A stretch of DNA of 64,000 nt from an uncultured delta proteobacterium (GTDB lineage Bacteria; Desulfobacterota; Binatia; Binatales; Binataceae), in contig CAWCDG010000008.1 in assembly GCA_963794325.1 (NCBI GenBank), positions 1 to 64,000 of the forward strand. Reading direction: 5' to 3'. Each line of letters starts with the position of its first letter. Within the stretch, counting starts at the first letter, position 1. Made by a program: the position numbers and the translations under genes. The notes under the pieces are model-generated. The model was not told the origin of the DNA. It worked only from the letters and a program-made list of their open reading frames with translations, and made no database searches. Of this stretch, positions 9,970-18,795 are shown one piece after another.

Positions 9970-11085
9970 ATGCGAATAGCGCTGTTGACGCGCCGTTTCG
10001 ATAGCGCCGGCGGCGGCACTGAGCGCGATTTGATCGTCACCGCGAACTTCCTGCGCGCGAGCCGGCATCAGGTTACGATTTTCGCCGACGAGATACGCGG
10101 CGCAACCGGCGATTGGGACGTTCGTCGAGTCGGCAGAGGGCCGAGGCTCGGGCGCGCGCTGTCGCTCCTGCGATTCGCATGGACCGCGGCTCCCGCGGCG
10201 CGGCGCGCCGGTACCGACCTGGTGATCAGCTTCGCGCGATGCGTCGGCGCGGACATCATACGATCCGGCGGCGGCGCTCATTCCAGCTATCTCCGCGCGG
10301 CGCGAAAGTGGCGCGGCGAGTTCGGTGCGACTGCGATGCGGCTCAGCCCGTATCACCAGGCGCAGATGATCGTCGAACGCCGGGCGTTCCGACATCGCGG
10401 GCTGAAGCGCGTAATCGCGGTGTCTAATTTCGTCCGCGACGATCTGATCCGGGAGTTCAACCTTCCGTCCGAAAAGACAGTTACGATTTACAACGGCGTC
10501 GATCTCGAGCGCTTCCGTCCTACCGAGGATCCGTCGGAGCGCGCGACGGTCCGCCAGAAGTTTGTGGTTCCGGCCAGCGGTCGCGTGGTCGCGTTCGTGG
10601 GCAACGGGTTCGCGCGCAAGGGTTTGGGATTCCTCATCGAAGCGTGGCCGCTGGTCGCCGGCGGCGCATTCCTGCTCGTGGTGGGGAGCGATCGACAGAC
10701 CGATAAATTCGAGCGCCGCGCGCGCGACCTCAACGTGAGCGCACGAGTAATCTTCGCCGGTCGACAAGCGGACGTCGCGGCGATCTTCCATGCGGCGGAC
10801 GCATTCGCGATGCCGTCGCTGTTCGAGCCGTTCGGCAACGTTGTGATGGAAGCGATGGCCAGCGGACTGCCGGTGATGACCAGCGCATTCTCGGGCGTCG
10901 GGGAGTTGATTCCGCCATCGATGCGCGGGTTCCGCGTCGACAATCCCGACGACGTGGGCGAGGTTGCGCTCCGCCTCGGCGCCTTGTTCGACGCGCCCGC
11001 AAGTCTCGCCGCCGAGGCAAGAGCGACCGCCGAGAAATTCACGTGGGCGCGGTACGCCAGGGAGGTGAATGCGCTGATCGAGTAG
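9970..11085 (+). CDS. Glycosyltransferase family 4 (WaaG/RfaG-like)
   Basis: GGTER, IYNGVD, FARKG, EPFGNVVMEAMASG. Confidence 0.9.
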   Translation: MRIALLTRRFDSAGGGTERDLIVTANFLRASRHQVTIFADEIRGATGDWDVRRVGRGPRLGRALSLLRFAWTAAPAARRAGTDLVISFARCVGADIIRSGGGAHSSYLRAARKWRGEFGATAMRLSPYHQAQMIVERRAFRHRGLKRVIAVSNFVRDDLIREFNLPSEKTVTIYNGVDLERFRPTEDPSERATVRQKFVVPASGRVVAFVGNGFARKGLGFLIEAWPLVAGGAFLLVVGSDRQTDKFERRARDLNVSARVIFAGRQADVAAIFHAADAFAMPSLFEPFGNVVMEAMASGLPVMTSAFSGVGELIPPSMRGFRVDNPDDVGEVALRLGALFDAPASLAAEARATAEKFTWARYAREVNALIE

Positions 11086-11097
11086 GGAAGGGCAAAT

Positions 11098-11169
11098 CAC
11101 TTTATTCAATTTGAAACCCGCGGTGGGTTTCAAACTTCCTTCGGCAGGGGTGACCCCTGCACCCAGTGA
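11098..11169 (+). repeat. Double-hairpin repeat family B, copy 2
   Basis: TTGAAACCC-N5-GGGTTTCAA plus the same 28-bp core as 6608-6635. Confidence 0.8.
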
Positions 11170-11679
11170 GAAATCACAAAATGGCGAGGACGCCATTTTG
11201 CTCTCAGGTTCTGGAGCGGAGGCGTCCGAATCTTGCCTCGCCCAAGTTAGGATGTTGCGGTCCGCGCGACTATTTATTCGCCTCTCCCACTGTTTTGTGG
11301 GAGAGGTCGCGCCTTTGGCGCGGCTGAGGGGGAGTTTTACGGGAGAGCGGCGGCGGGCGGGCGTAGCTTCCGGCAGGTGAGGGTTCTGCAATTCAAGATA
11401 CAAGCGCGCCGCGACACGGCCCGTTCTTTCTGTTGTCTTTCGGTCCTTGTGTCATTCTGAGCGCAGCGAAGAATCCCGGATCTTTTTGAACGCTGGCCGA
11501 CTCACCCCCCAACCATGGATCAAGAGAGGGGTCAGTCGAAAGGTCTGCCGCATCCACCTTACCTTCGCGAAACTTTCTTAGACCTTTGAAAAAACCACCA
11601 ATTGAGTTTAATCTCCACCAGCCTTACAACCGGGCTTTTTCGTCTAACATCAGCCCGGCAAACACCGGAGGGGATTCCA

Positions 11680-12513
11680 ATGGACAGTCAGCTCTGCGCT
11701 TTGACCGAACGCGTCGCGCGCCTCGAGAAATCCAATCGTGCGATGAAGGTGATCTTCGCCATCACCGTGCTTGCCATCGCCGCCACGACCTCGACTCCGC
11801 GGCTGCTGGCAAAGACCAGGGGCGTGATGAAGATGGCGGCGCTCGATGCCGGAGCCATCACCACCCAACGGCTCAACCTGGTAAACGGAAGCGGCCAGAC
11901 AGTCGCGGTGCTAGGGACCAGCCCTAACGGCGCCGGCTTGGTGTTCGTCGATGGATTGGGCAGGTGGCTGCTCGCACTGGGAGACACTCAGAATGGAGGC
12001 AAGACGACCGCAGGTCTGTCGCTGTTCGACGGCAATGCTGCGCTCGCCGGAAGCGGAGTGCCGCGTGCGGCGGTTGGAATCAGCAGTACCGGCGCGGCGC
12101 TGATAGCGCTCGATGGTAGCGGAAAGCCCGCGCTGGTAAGCGGCGTCAGTGCGGACGGCTCAAGCTCCGGTTCATTTGCACTGGACAGTAACGGCTATTC
12201 ACGCGCCGGCTTCGGCAATGCGGCCAACGGCTCCGGCTTCTTCGCGAACGATTCGAACAACGTAACGCGCTACGTCGCCGGCGTAGCTCCCGATGGATCC
12301 CAAGCCGGATCAGTCACCTTCGACGCGACTGGCAAACCGCAGCTCGCGCTAGGCGGAAACGGCGACGCCAGCGCCGCAGGAATGCTGGCCCTCGACCCCA
12401 CCGGCCAGGATCGCCTCGACGTAGGCTATTCGAGCGCAGCCGGGAGCGGCGTGGTCGTAAAAGACGCAACTGGAGCAGTAACCTGGTATGCGCCGGAACC
12501 TGCGGGAGAATGA
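11680..12513 (+). CDS. Hypothetical exported/membrane-anchored protein with repetitive Gly-rich beta-hairpin motifs
   Basis: GGAGGGG RBS; short coiled coil, hydrophobic helix, then ~24-aa quasi-repeats (hydrophobic-D-x-x-G-x-x-R/P). Confidence 0.7.
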   Translation: MDSQLCALTERVARLEKSNRAMKVIFAITVLAIAATTSTPRLLAKTRGVMKMAALDAGAITTQRLNLVNGSGQTVAVLGTSPNGAGLVFVDGLGRWLLALGDTQNGGKTTAGLSLFDGNAALAGSGVPRAAVGISSTGAALIALDGSGKPALVSGVSADGSSSGSFALDSNGYSRAGFGNAANGSGFFANDSNNVTRYVAGVAPDGSQAGSVTFDATGKPQLALGGNGDASAAGMLALDPTGQDRLDVGYSSAAGSGVVVKDATGAVTWYAPEPAGE

Positions 12514-12698
12514 TCATCTCAAGGTTCCTCAGTTAAAGGCGGATCTCGAACAGCAGCTCGGCTAAACGGGGTCGTCGTCAGTTCGAGATCGGCTCGCTGT
12601 TAACAATCTGACTGCAAGATTTCGAGGACGTGCGTGCCACGTCTTGCGCTACGCGTGCGCCTCGGCTACCTCGGTTCGGATAAGGGAGGATTTTTCCT

Positions 12699-13226
12699 AT
12701 GGCACAGATGAATGATGGGGGGATCGCGCTACTTAAGAAGTGCGAAGGATGTGTTCTCCACGCCTATGACGATGCAAACAAACAGCCGGTTAATCCCGGA
12801 ACGCCGATTCATGGAAAGTTGACAATCGGTTATGGCCACACCGGGAGTGACGTTTTTCCTGGCCTCACCTGGACTCAGGACCAGGCTGATCACGCACTTC
12901 GGAACGACGTGGCCGCTGTATCGTCCGAACTCGCCCCGCTGATAACTGGGGGACTGAGTGACAATCAATTTTCGGCCTTCGTCTGCTTGGCGTTCAATAT
13001 CGGAGCCCACGCTTTTGCGGGAAGCTCCGCGCTACACTTGGCAAACCAAAAAGATTTCGCCGACGTGCCGGCGCACATCATGCTGTGGGACAAAACCACC
13101 ATCAACGGCCGACTGGTCGTAAGTCTGGGCTTAAAACATCGCAGAGAAGCCGAGGTCGCTTTGTGGAACACAGCTTCAGTGTTAGCCGCCCCTAGTCGCC
13201 GGAAGGCAGCAACCCCGCGCGCGTGA
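12699..13226 (+). CDS. Phage-type lysozyme (GH24 muramidase)
   Basis: LKKCEG..L.AY.D, TIGYGHTG, NQFSAFVCLAFNIG, GLKHRREAE; GGAGG RBS. Confidence 0.9.
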   Translation: MAQMNDGGIALLKKCEGCVLHAYDDANKQPVNPGTPIHGKLTIGYGHTGSDVFPGLTWTQDQADHALRNDVAAVSSELAPLITGGLSDNQFSAFVCLAFNIGAHAFAGSSALHLANQKDFADVPAHIMLWDKTTINGRLVVSLGLKHRREAEVALWNTASVLAAPSRRKAATPRA

Positions 13227-13257
13227 CCTCGCGGCGCTCACTCTTATCCAGCGCCTC
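13210..13257. repeat. 48-bp direct repeat (att-like), duplicate of the alcohol dehydrogenase 3' end
   Basis: 47/48 identical to 15711-15758. The minus strand of 13192-13257 encodes EALDKSERREVTRAGLLPSGD*. Confidence 0.92.
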
Positions 13258-13410
13258 ATTGCAGCGAGGTCCGGCCGGGCGCCACGTAGCGAATCTTTCG
13301 AAATCGCTGCGATGGTCTGGACCCCGCCCGTATTTAAGATAGGCGAGTCTACGAATCCCAAACAGGGTAACGCATCTGGATTGAAAAACCTGCGAGTGGA
13401 GATGCGCCGA

Positions 13411-14103
13411 TTAGCGCCCCGCGGCTCCGACCTGCCCAGGAGGAAGGGGCATTGTCCTCCTTTCGAAACTGCGCCAATACCAATAGCACGCTTTGAACCT
13501 GATCAGGCTCCACAGCCAGTACAGATTAGACCGCGTGTCGGTATATACTCCAGTCGGTGGGGTAGGCAGAGAATGACTCGGATGTGAAGCGATATTTAAA
13601 TCGCAATCACATATGTGCGTTAGCGGGCCAGAAAAGACATTCCACAATCGATCTATGATTGCCGTCTTTGTGCCTTCGATATCAGATACTCCTGGCTTGA
13701 GAAGTATCCTCAAATCCGTATGGGCAATTTCATCGGCTTCTATGTGATGGATGACCTCGGCGGATGAAATTTCATCCAGATTATCAGTTGAGACCAGCGC
13801 ACGAACTGCGTTTGCTCCTAAGCAGTAAGCACCACAATAGATGTGCCGATTCTTCTCTGTAAACTTCCCGGTCGCTCTCCTTCTGTCGTTTATTCCTAGC
13901 GCGACTCGACAACCATAGCCGTGGATATGGTTGATCGTGGGGACGTAGCGCTGCCAAGCTAACGACGTGAGAAAGCTCCCATCGTCCTGTTTCGAGAAAT
14001 GAATGAACTTCTCTGAGGCAAACATTTTCTTGCTAAGAAAGAGCGGATAGATGGCATGGCGGAATAGACTGTCGCCATCTGGAATCCGCCCCCCGCATCG
14101 CAT
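13411..14103 (-). CDS. Hypothetical protein, candidate ADP-ribosyltransferase-fold toxin
   Basis: Intact 230-aa ORF. DSLFRH (Arg), SLAW (Ser) and EIAHTDL (late His) match the spacing of small ART-like toxins. Family call is inference. Confidence 0.5.
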   Translation of the reverse strand: MRCGGRIPDGDSLFRHAIYPLFLSKKMFASEKFIHFSKQDDGSFLTSLAWQRYVPTINHIHGYGCRVALGINDRRRATGKFTEKNRHIYCGAYCLGANAVRALVSTDNLDEISSAEVIHHIEADEIAHTDLRILLKPGVSDIEGTKTAIIDRLWNVFSGPLTHICDCDLNIASHPSHSLPTPPTGVYTDTRSNLYWLWSLIRFKACYWYWRSFERRTMPLPPGQVGAAGR

Positions 14104-14112
14104 AGCCGAATA

Positions 14113-14715
14113 TTAACTAACGTAGTCTGGCGGATCGGAAACCGCGCTGCCGACGGGGATGACAGGATGCCCCAGTTGAACCGATCCGAAAAAGGTGAGG
14201 AGATTGCTTGGATTCAGCAATTGATTTCCTGAAAAGTCTACTCTCCGCTTAATACGCTCTGGCGAAGATATCAGAGCCGAGATCTTACTTGCGCTAATGG
14301 TCAGATATAAATTGTCGGTCTCATGGGACCAGTTGAAGACAACTGACTCTGGTCCGTGACTAAAAATGCGCGGTGTCGGAAGGAAATTGTCCATGAGTTG
14401 CGCTGCCACTTGACTGGCAGCGTCATAAACCAGGGTATCAATTCTCCACTCCTCTTCTTCTTTAACTTCGGTCAATTCGCTGAGCGCTTCGCCCAGCTCT
14501 AGGTATTCTTGACGTAGTTCCCATTGCCAAATGAGTGGCACGCTTGAGAAATACGTTTTCAAGACCCGGCTTTCAGACGGAACCGTAAGATCGAAAAGAA
14601 CAAAAGCGCTGGTGTTCGAATGATAGGTTAGGGCGGGATCTCCGAAAATAGCTTCAGGACCGGAACCTAAAATTAACACAGTCTGCTGTCGAACCGAGGC
14701 AGAAGTAATCCTCAT
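14113..14715 (-). CDS. Hypothetical protein, candidate antitoxin
   Basis: 200-aa ORF starting 1 nt after the upstream stop; LSEL...W...AA..L...PTPRIF...VVFNW pattern. Confidence 0.55.
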   Translation of the reverse strand: MRITSASVRQQTVLILGSGPEAIFGDPALTYHSNTSAFVLFDLTVPSESRVLKTYFSSVPLIWQWELRQEYLELGEALSELTEVKEEEEWRIDTLVYDAASQVAAQLMDNFLPTPRIFSHGPESVVFNWSHETDNLYLTISASKISALISSPERIKRRVDFSGNQLLNPSNLLTFFGSVQLGHPVIPVGSAVSDPPDYVS

Positions 14716-14716
14716 A

Positions 14717-15508
14717 CTAGAATCCCTCGATGTTCAGTCCGATGTCGGCCTGCATTGCTGCAGCTGCGGTAAGCTCTTCAAGGAGGAGTGACGATTGCTG
14801 TCTGCTAGTAAGCGTAGTCCCAGAAGCAATAGCGGTATTGTGGTCAAAACTGACGCTAGCTGCTATATAGTCCCTGAACTGAACTTGTGCCAATAAAGAG
14901 CTATCTAATGCTGCGATAGGTACGCCGCCGGCGGGAACTGGCATAGCCTGAACTCGCAGCCCTTCCTTACTCCACTTCGTAATGAAATTCACCTTAACAT
15001 CTCCCACACTGTTGCTCTTGCGCGGTCGATTGACTTGGAAGATGAAGTCATCTTCGTCGGTAATCCTCATGCGGTATTCTTTGGGTATGACCCTAATCAA
15101 AGTCTTGTTGATTTCCACGAGGTTCTGCTTCACAACGATGAATTGAACACCGAAGGCGACGCGAGCAACGGAGTCTGAAACGCCTTCGGCGATGACATCT
15201 ATTATCTTTTTCAGTTGAATGTGAAGCTGCTCCGTATCTTCTATCAGCGCAAGTGATGTCTCCGGCACCTCACTGGGGGGCGATACAGATGAAAGATTGA
15301 AGTCCAGTCGGCTCGGATGGCTAAAGCAGCTTGCCATTATGCCATTTCGCCTGCCTTGGGCCACCGTCGGCAGAAGAGCATTTGGCTGCTTCTGATAGCT
15401 GTCCGGCTCGCCACCCCAAACTCGCCTATAGAGCTCGAGCGCAGAAGACGACGGAGGCGTCGCCAAAAGTAGAGTGATGCGAGCGTTTAAGGCCTTCCAT
15501 TCATCCAT
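14717..15508 (-). CDS. Hypothetical protein, TIGR04255-like (possible SecB-like chaperone)
   Basis: ATG 15508; motifs SRLDF, VARVAFG, FQVNRP, VNFITKW, SFDHNT recall the TIGR04255-like pattern. Family call is inference. Confidence 0.55.
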   Translation of the reverse strand: MDEWKALNARITLLLATPPSSSALELYRRVWGGEPDSYQKQPNALLPTVAQGRRNGIMASCFSHPSRLDFNLSSVSPPSEVPETSLALIEDTEQLHIQLKKIIDVIAEGVSDSVARVAFGVQFIVVKQNLVEINKTLIRVIPKEYRMRITDEDDFIFQVNRPRKSNSVGDVKVNFITKWSKEGLRVQAMPVPAGGVPIAALDSSLLAQVQFRDYIAASVSFDHNTAIASGTTLTSRQQSSLLLEELTAAAAMQADIGLNIEGF

Positions 15509-15692
15509 TTGCTCTTCGGGGGTCAAGCTACACCAACCCCATAGCTTAGCAACGTCGGTGGGCAACGCAAGGCATTGGTAATTCGCCTCTCGTTCGCCGA
15601 TCCGGAGGGATCGAGTTGAAGAATGCCTACTTAGCTTCAGGGTTCCTCAAGCGAGCGCGTGACTTCGCGACTATCCTTCGGTCCATAAACTG

Positions 15693-16775
15693 CTAGCTCT
15701 CGGCTGGAATCAACCCCGCGCGCGTGACCTCGCGGCGCTCGCTCTTATCCAGCGCCTCCGCTGCGCGGGACAGCGGGAACGTTGCGTCGCACATTTCTCG
15801 GTAGGGTAGGCGGTCGATGTTTGCCGCGAGGAAGTCGAGGGACTTCTTTAGGTAGTGGGGTGGATAGGTTGCTACGCCGATTATTTCCAGCGACTTGAAC
15901 GTGATCACTGACGGAGGCAGTTGTACCGTCAGTCCTGACGAGATGTTGCCGACTTCGATCACGCGGCCGCCGACTCGCACTATCCGGAGTGCCTCGCTGA
16001 ATGCCTCCGGGACGCCGGCTACTTCCAGCACCACGTCCGGCCATCCATGGCATAGCTCGCGGACCCGCTTGTCGCGAGCTTCCGCGTCGCCGTATTCGCG
16101 CATATCGACGGTCTCATCGGCGCCGAATCGGCGCGCCTCGCGCAGCCGCTGATCGACGCCATCGATCGCGATGACGCGCGCGCCGCGCGCCTTCGCAATC
16201 GCCATCGCATGCAGCCCGAGTCCGCCTGCACCGAGCACCACCAACGTCTCGCCAAAGTGAAGCCGCGCCCGATCGAGGCTCCAGAACACTTGCGACATCG
16301 CACAGTTCGCCGACGACGCGACCAGGTCCGGCACGTTGTCAGGTATTCGATAGAAGTGCTGATCGGGCTTTACGACATAGTGCGTCGCGAACGTGGCAGT
16401 GAAATGCGGCGGCTCATCCGGATGCCGCGCGCCGACCACCTTTGCGGTGCACGCCGCATGATTCCCGCTGACGCAATTCACGCATCGATTGCAGACCGTG
16501 TAGTAAACCGGCGCGATTCGATCGCCTTCTTTGACCGGCACGCCCGCCCAATCCGTTTTCACCCCCGCGCCGAGCGCCTCGATGCGCCCGGCCATCTCAT
16601 GCCCCGGCATCACGCCGCGCCGCCCGAACTCGCCCTTCCACATATGCACTTCCGATCCGCACACATTGGTCTGCGTGACCGCCGCGACGATCCCGCCCGG
16701 CGCCGGCGCAGGCACGTCGTACTCGTGAAATTCAATCTTGTGTGCGGTAGGGATAAACGCGACGCGACCTTTCAT
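15693..16775 (-). CDS. Zinc-dependent alcohol dehydrogenase (MDR family)
   Basis: VCGSEVH, GHE, C..C..C.......C structural Zn site, GAGGLG. Confidence 0.92.
   Translation of the reverse strand: MKGRVAFIPTAHKIEFHEYDVPAPAPGGIVAAVTQTNVCGSEVHMWKGEFGRRGVMPGHEMAGRIEALGAGVKTDWAGVPVKEGDRIAPVYYTVCNRCVNCVSGNHAACTAKVVGARHPDEPPHFTATFATHYVVKPDQHFYRIPDNVPDLVASSANCAMSQVFWSLDRARLHFGETLVVLGAGGLGLHAMAIAKARGARVIAIDGVDQRLREARRFGADETVDMREYGDAEARDKRVRELCHGWPDVVLEVAGVPEAFSEALRIVRVGGRVIEVGNISSGLTVQLPPSVITFKSLEIIGVATYPPHYLKKSLDFLAANIDRLPYREMCDATFPLSRAAEALDKSERREVTRAGLIPAES
15711..15758. repeat. 48-bp direct repeat, copy inside the ADH 3' end
   Basis: Matches 13210-13257 with one mismatch (G15741 vs A13240). Confidence 0.92.
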
Positions 16776-16852
16776 TGTTTTTCTCCGGAACGCGGCGATG
16801 ATGGTCCCGGTTTCATCCCGGACGAAAAAAATGTCAAGCCCGCCGTCCTGGC

Positions 16853-17552
16853 TTATTGTGGTGGAGGCGCAGGCAGCTTGAAATTTCCGCCAAGCGAAAA
16901 TCCATGCATCGAAGCCGGCATGCCGGGCGGAGATTCAGCTCTATCGATCGACGAAGGAGCCTTGGGCTGACTCTGCATTGTCGCTGGGGCCGGCGATTGC
17001 CCACGAGCCGACGGACGCTGCCTGCTGCGGCGCGCCGCTTGGCTTCGCGTACTCCGGGCGATGCGTCTTCTTCGCCTGGGCCAATACTTCGCGGAGCAGA
17101 TTCGATTCCTGGATTCCGTGCGATACACAATCGACATCGGTCGCCGGATGCAACGGGACTTTCACCGACGAATTGAACGTCGCGCGCACCTCGACGATGC
17201 TCGCCTCGCGCCCGCGCGGCCGCACCAGGAAGTTGTACACCGACGACGAGTTCGGCTCCGGCTCTGCCGTGTAGCCGCCCGCCACGCTCTTTATCTTCCC
17301 GCAATCGGCGTCATGCAGCGTGAAGCGCGGACCGGCCGCCTCGATAATCCCGTTGGTCATATCCTGCGCTTGCACGTGAAACGAATTTTCAGTGACGACT
17401 GCATTCACCGCGTCCCACGCGAGGTCGTACGGCAGTGGAATCACCACTTGCTGCTGTTCGTCAGGCGGCGGCTGCGTTGCGGGAGGATAGAGGCATCCCG
17501 AAGCGCACAGCGCCGCGATCAAACCAAATATCGAAATTCTCACCCCAAACAT
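16853..17552 (-). CDS. Putative lipoprotein; ORF as read stops at 16941, probable +1 frameshift extends it to 16853
   Basis: Lipobox CASGC after a hydrophobic stretch; a Pro/Ser-rich tail continues in the +1 frame. Confidence 0.6.
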
Positions 17553-17575
17553 TTTCCATTCATCCGAATCGCTTC

Positions 17576-17597
17576 CGACAGCATGATAACAGATGCG
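17576..17597 (-). promoter_or_regulatory. Extended -10-like element, copy 1 of a 22-bp direct repeat
   Basis: Minus strand CGCATCTGTTATCATGCTGTCG (TGnTATCAT); 21/22 identical to 18712-18733. Confidence 0.55.
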
Positions 17598-17641
17598 CCC
17601 CGAGGTATGGCCAGCTTCTTCCTGACCCAATCGCAAAGTGA

Positions 17642-18708
17642 CTACTGCCCGAGTGGCGAAAACACCGCTATCCGCGGCGCGACGACCAGACTTGCGTAAG
17701 CGGCATACAGTCTGTGAGACGCAGGATCGACTGCGAGCGTATGCGCCCCGTAATGCAGCGAGATCGTATCGAGCGTCGTGAACGCCCCCTTGCCGTCGCG
17801 CTCGACCACGCACAAAACTCCCGCGCGACCGGTTACGTAAATCCGATGAAGCCAGGCGTCGTAGGCGACCGAATCCGGCCCGCCGCCAACTGGAATAGAG
17901 GTCACGACCTGGTGCTTCTCCATATCGAATACCGCGAGCCTCGAGTTGCCGGAGCATCCAATGAAGAGCTGGCGGTGCGGTTCATCGATCGCCATCCCGG
18001 TCGGGTGCACGCAGTCCTGAAGCGGCCAGCGCGCCGTGACAGCTCGCTTGCTCAGATCAACGGCCGCGATCGAACTGGTGTCTTCCAGATTCTGAAAAAA
18101 GAGATTCGTTCGAGCGTCAAAAACCCCAGACTCGGGCTTGCCGCCCAGAGCGATTGTCGCCGACACTTTCCGTGTCGCTGGATCGATCAGAGTCGCGGTC
18201 TTCGCATCGCCACTTGCAACATAGATAGTCCGGATCGCCGAGACATAGAAAATTCCATCGGGGTCATCGGCAACCGGGATGCGCGTCACGAGCCGCATCG
18301 TCGAGAGGGTCGAAGATATCGACGGTGTTTGCTCTCGCTGCGCGTCACATACGCCATGCCGCTAGCTGGATCGACGACGACGCCGTGGGCCGCCGGTTCC
18401 AGCTCGAACATCGAAACGTCGCTCGTACTGGCCAATCCGTTTTCGTTGTCGTGCAACGCGATTTTGTAAACCGTGCCCGTGCTCACATTCGCGACGAACA
18501 GGTCTTTGCCGTTCAGGGTCAGGTAGTCCATCACGGTCAGAATGCCGGCGCGGCGGTCCTTCGGGAGAACCACGAATCCTTCGAACTTGAGGCTCCTCGC
18601 GATGCCCGGCGTCCCGGGAAAAATCTCCCAGACGAACAGAGCCAACAATCCTGCGACAGCAATAGCTGCGATCCACAGGAAAGCTCTCACTACAGTTCGG
18701 ATGCGCAT
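17642..18708 (-). CDS. YncE/YVTN-type beta-propeller protein, frameshifted near 18300-18335
   Basis: N-terminal TM/signal in ORF 18286..18759 and propeller repeats (PDGIFY, PTGMAID, PDSVAYD) in ORF 17642..18298; removing 2 bases gives TRSEANTVDIFDPSTMRLV. Confidence 0.8.
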
Positions 18709-18711
18709 GTG

Positions 18712-18733
18712 CGACGGCATGATAACAGATGCG
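18712..18733 (-). promoter_or_regulatory. Extended -10-like element, copy 2 of the 22-bp direct repeat
   Basis: Minus strand CGCATCTGTTATCATGCCGTCG just before ATG 18708. Confidence 0.55.
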
Positions 18734-18795
18734 GCAAGAATAGAGACGAACGCTGGCACGCGATCGTCCTGAGGATGCGCGAGGCAGAGCCCGAA

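Larger units (their letters stand above)
13210..15758. mobile_element. Integrase-less genomic islet inserted at the 3' end of the ADH gene
   Basis: Bounded by 48-bp direct repeats; interior is visibly AT-richer than the flanks; carries a three-gene operon. Confidence 0.75.

Noticed and set aside
11165-11210. CTCTCAGG suggesting a glycine riboswitch
   Set aside because: Lacks the GGAGA and GCCGAAG elements, is explained by a local hairpin, and no glycine gene is downstream.
13300-13410. Possible tRNA fragment or small ORF at the islet end
   Set aside because: No T-loop or acceptor-stem structure; ORF 13312..13587 overlaps a better gene on the opposite strand.
11602-15690. Prophage
   Set aside because: Only a lysozyme; no integrase, capsid, terminase, tail or replication genes.
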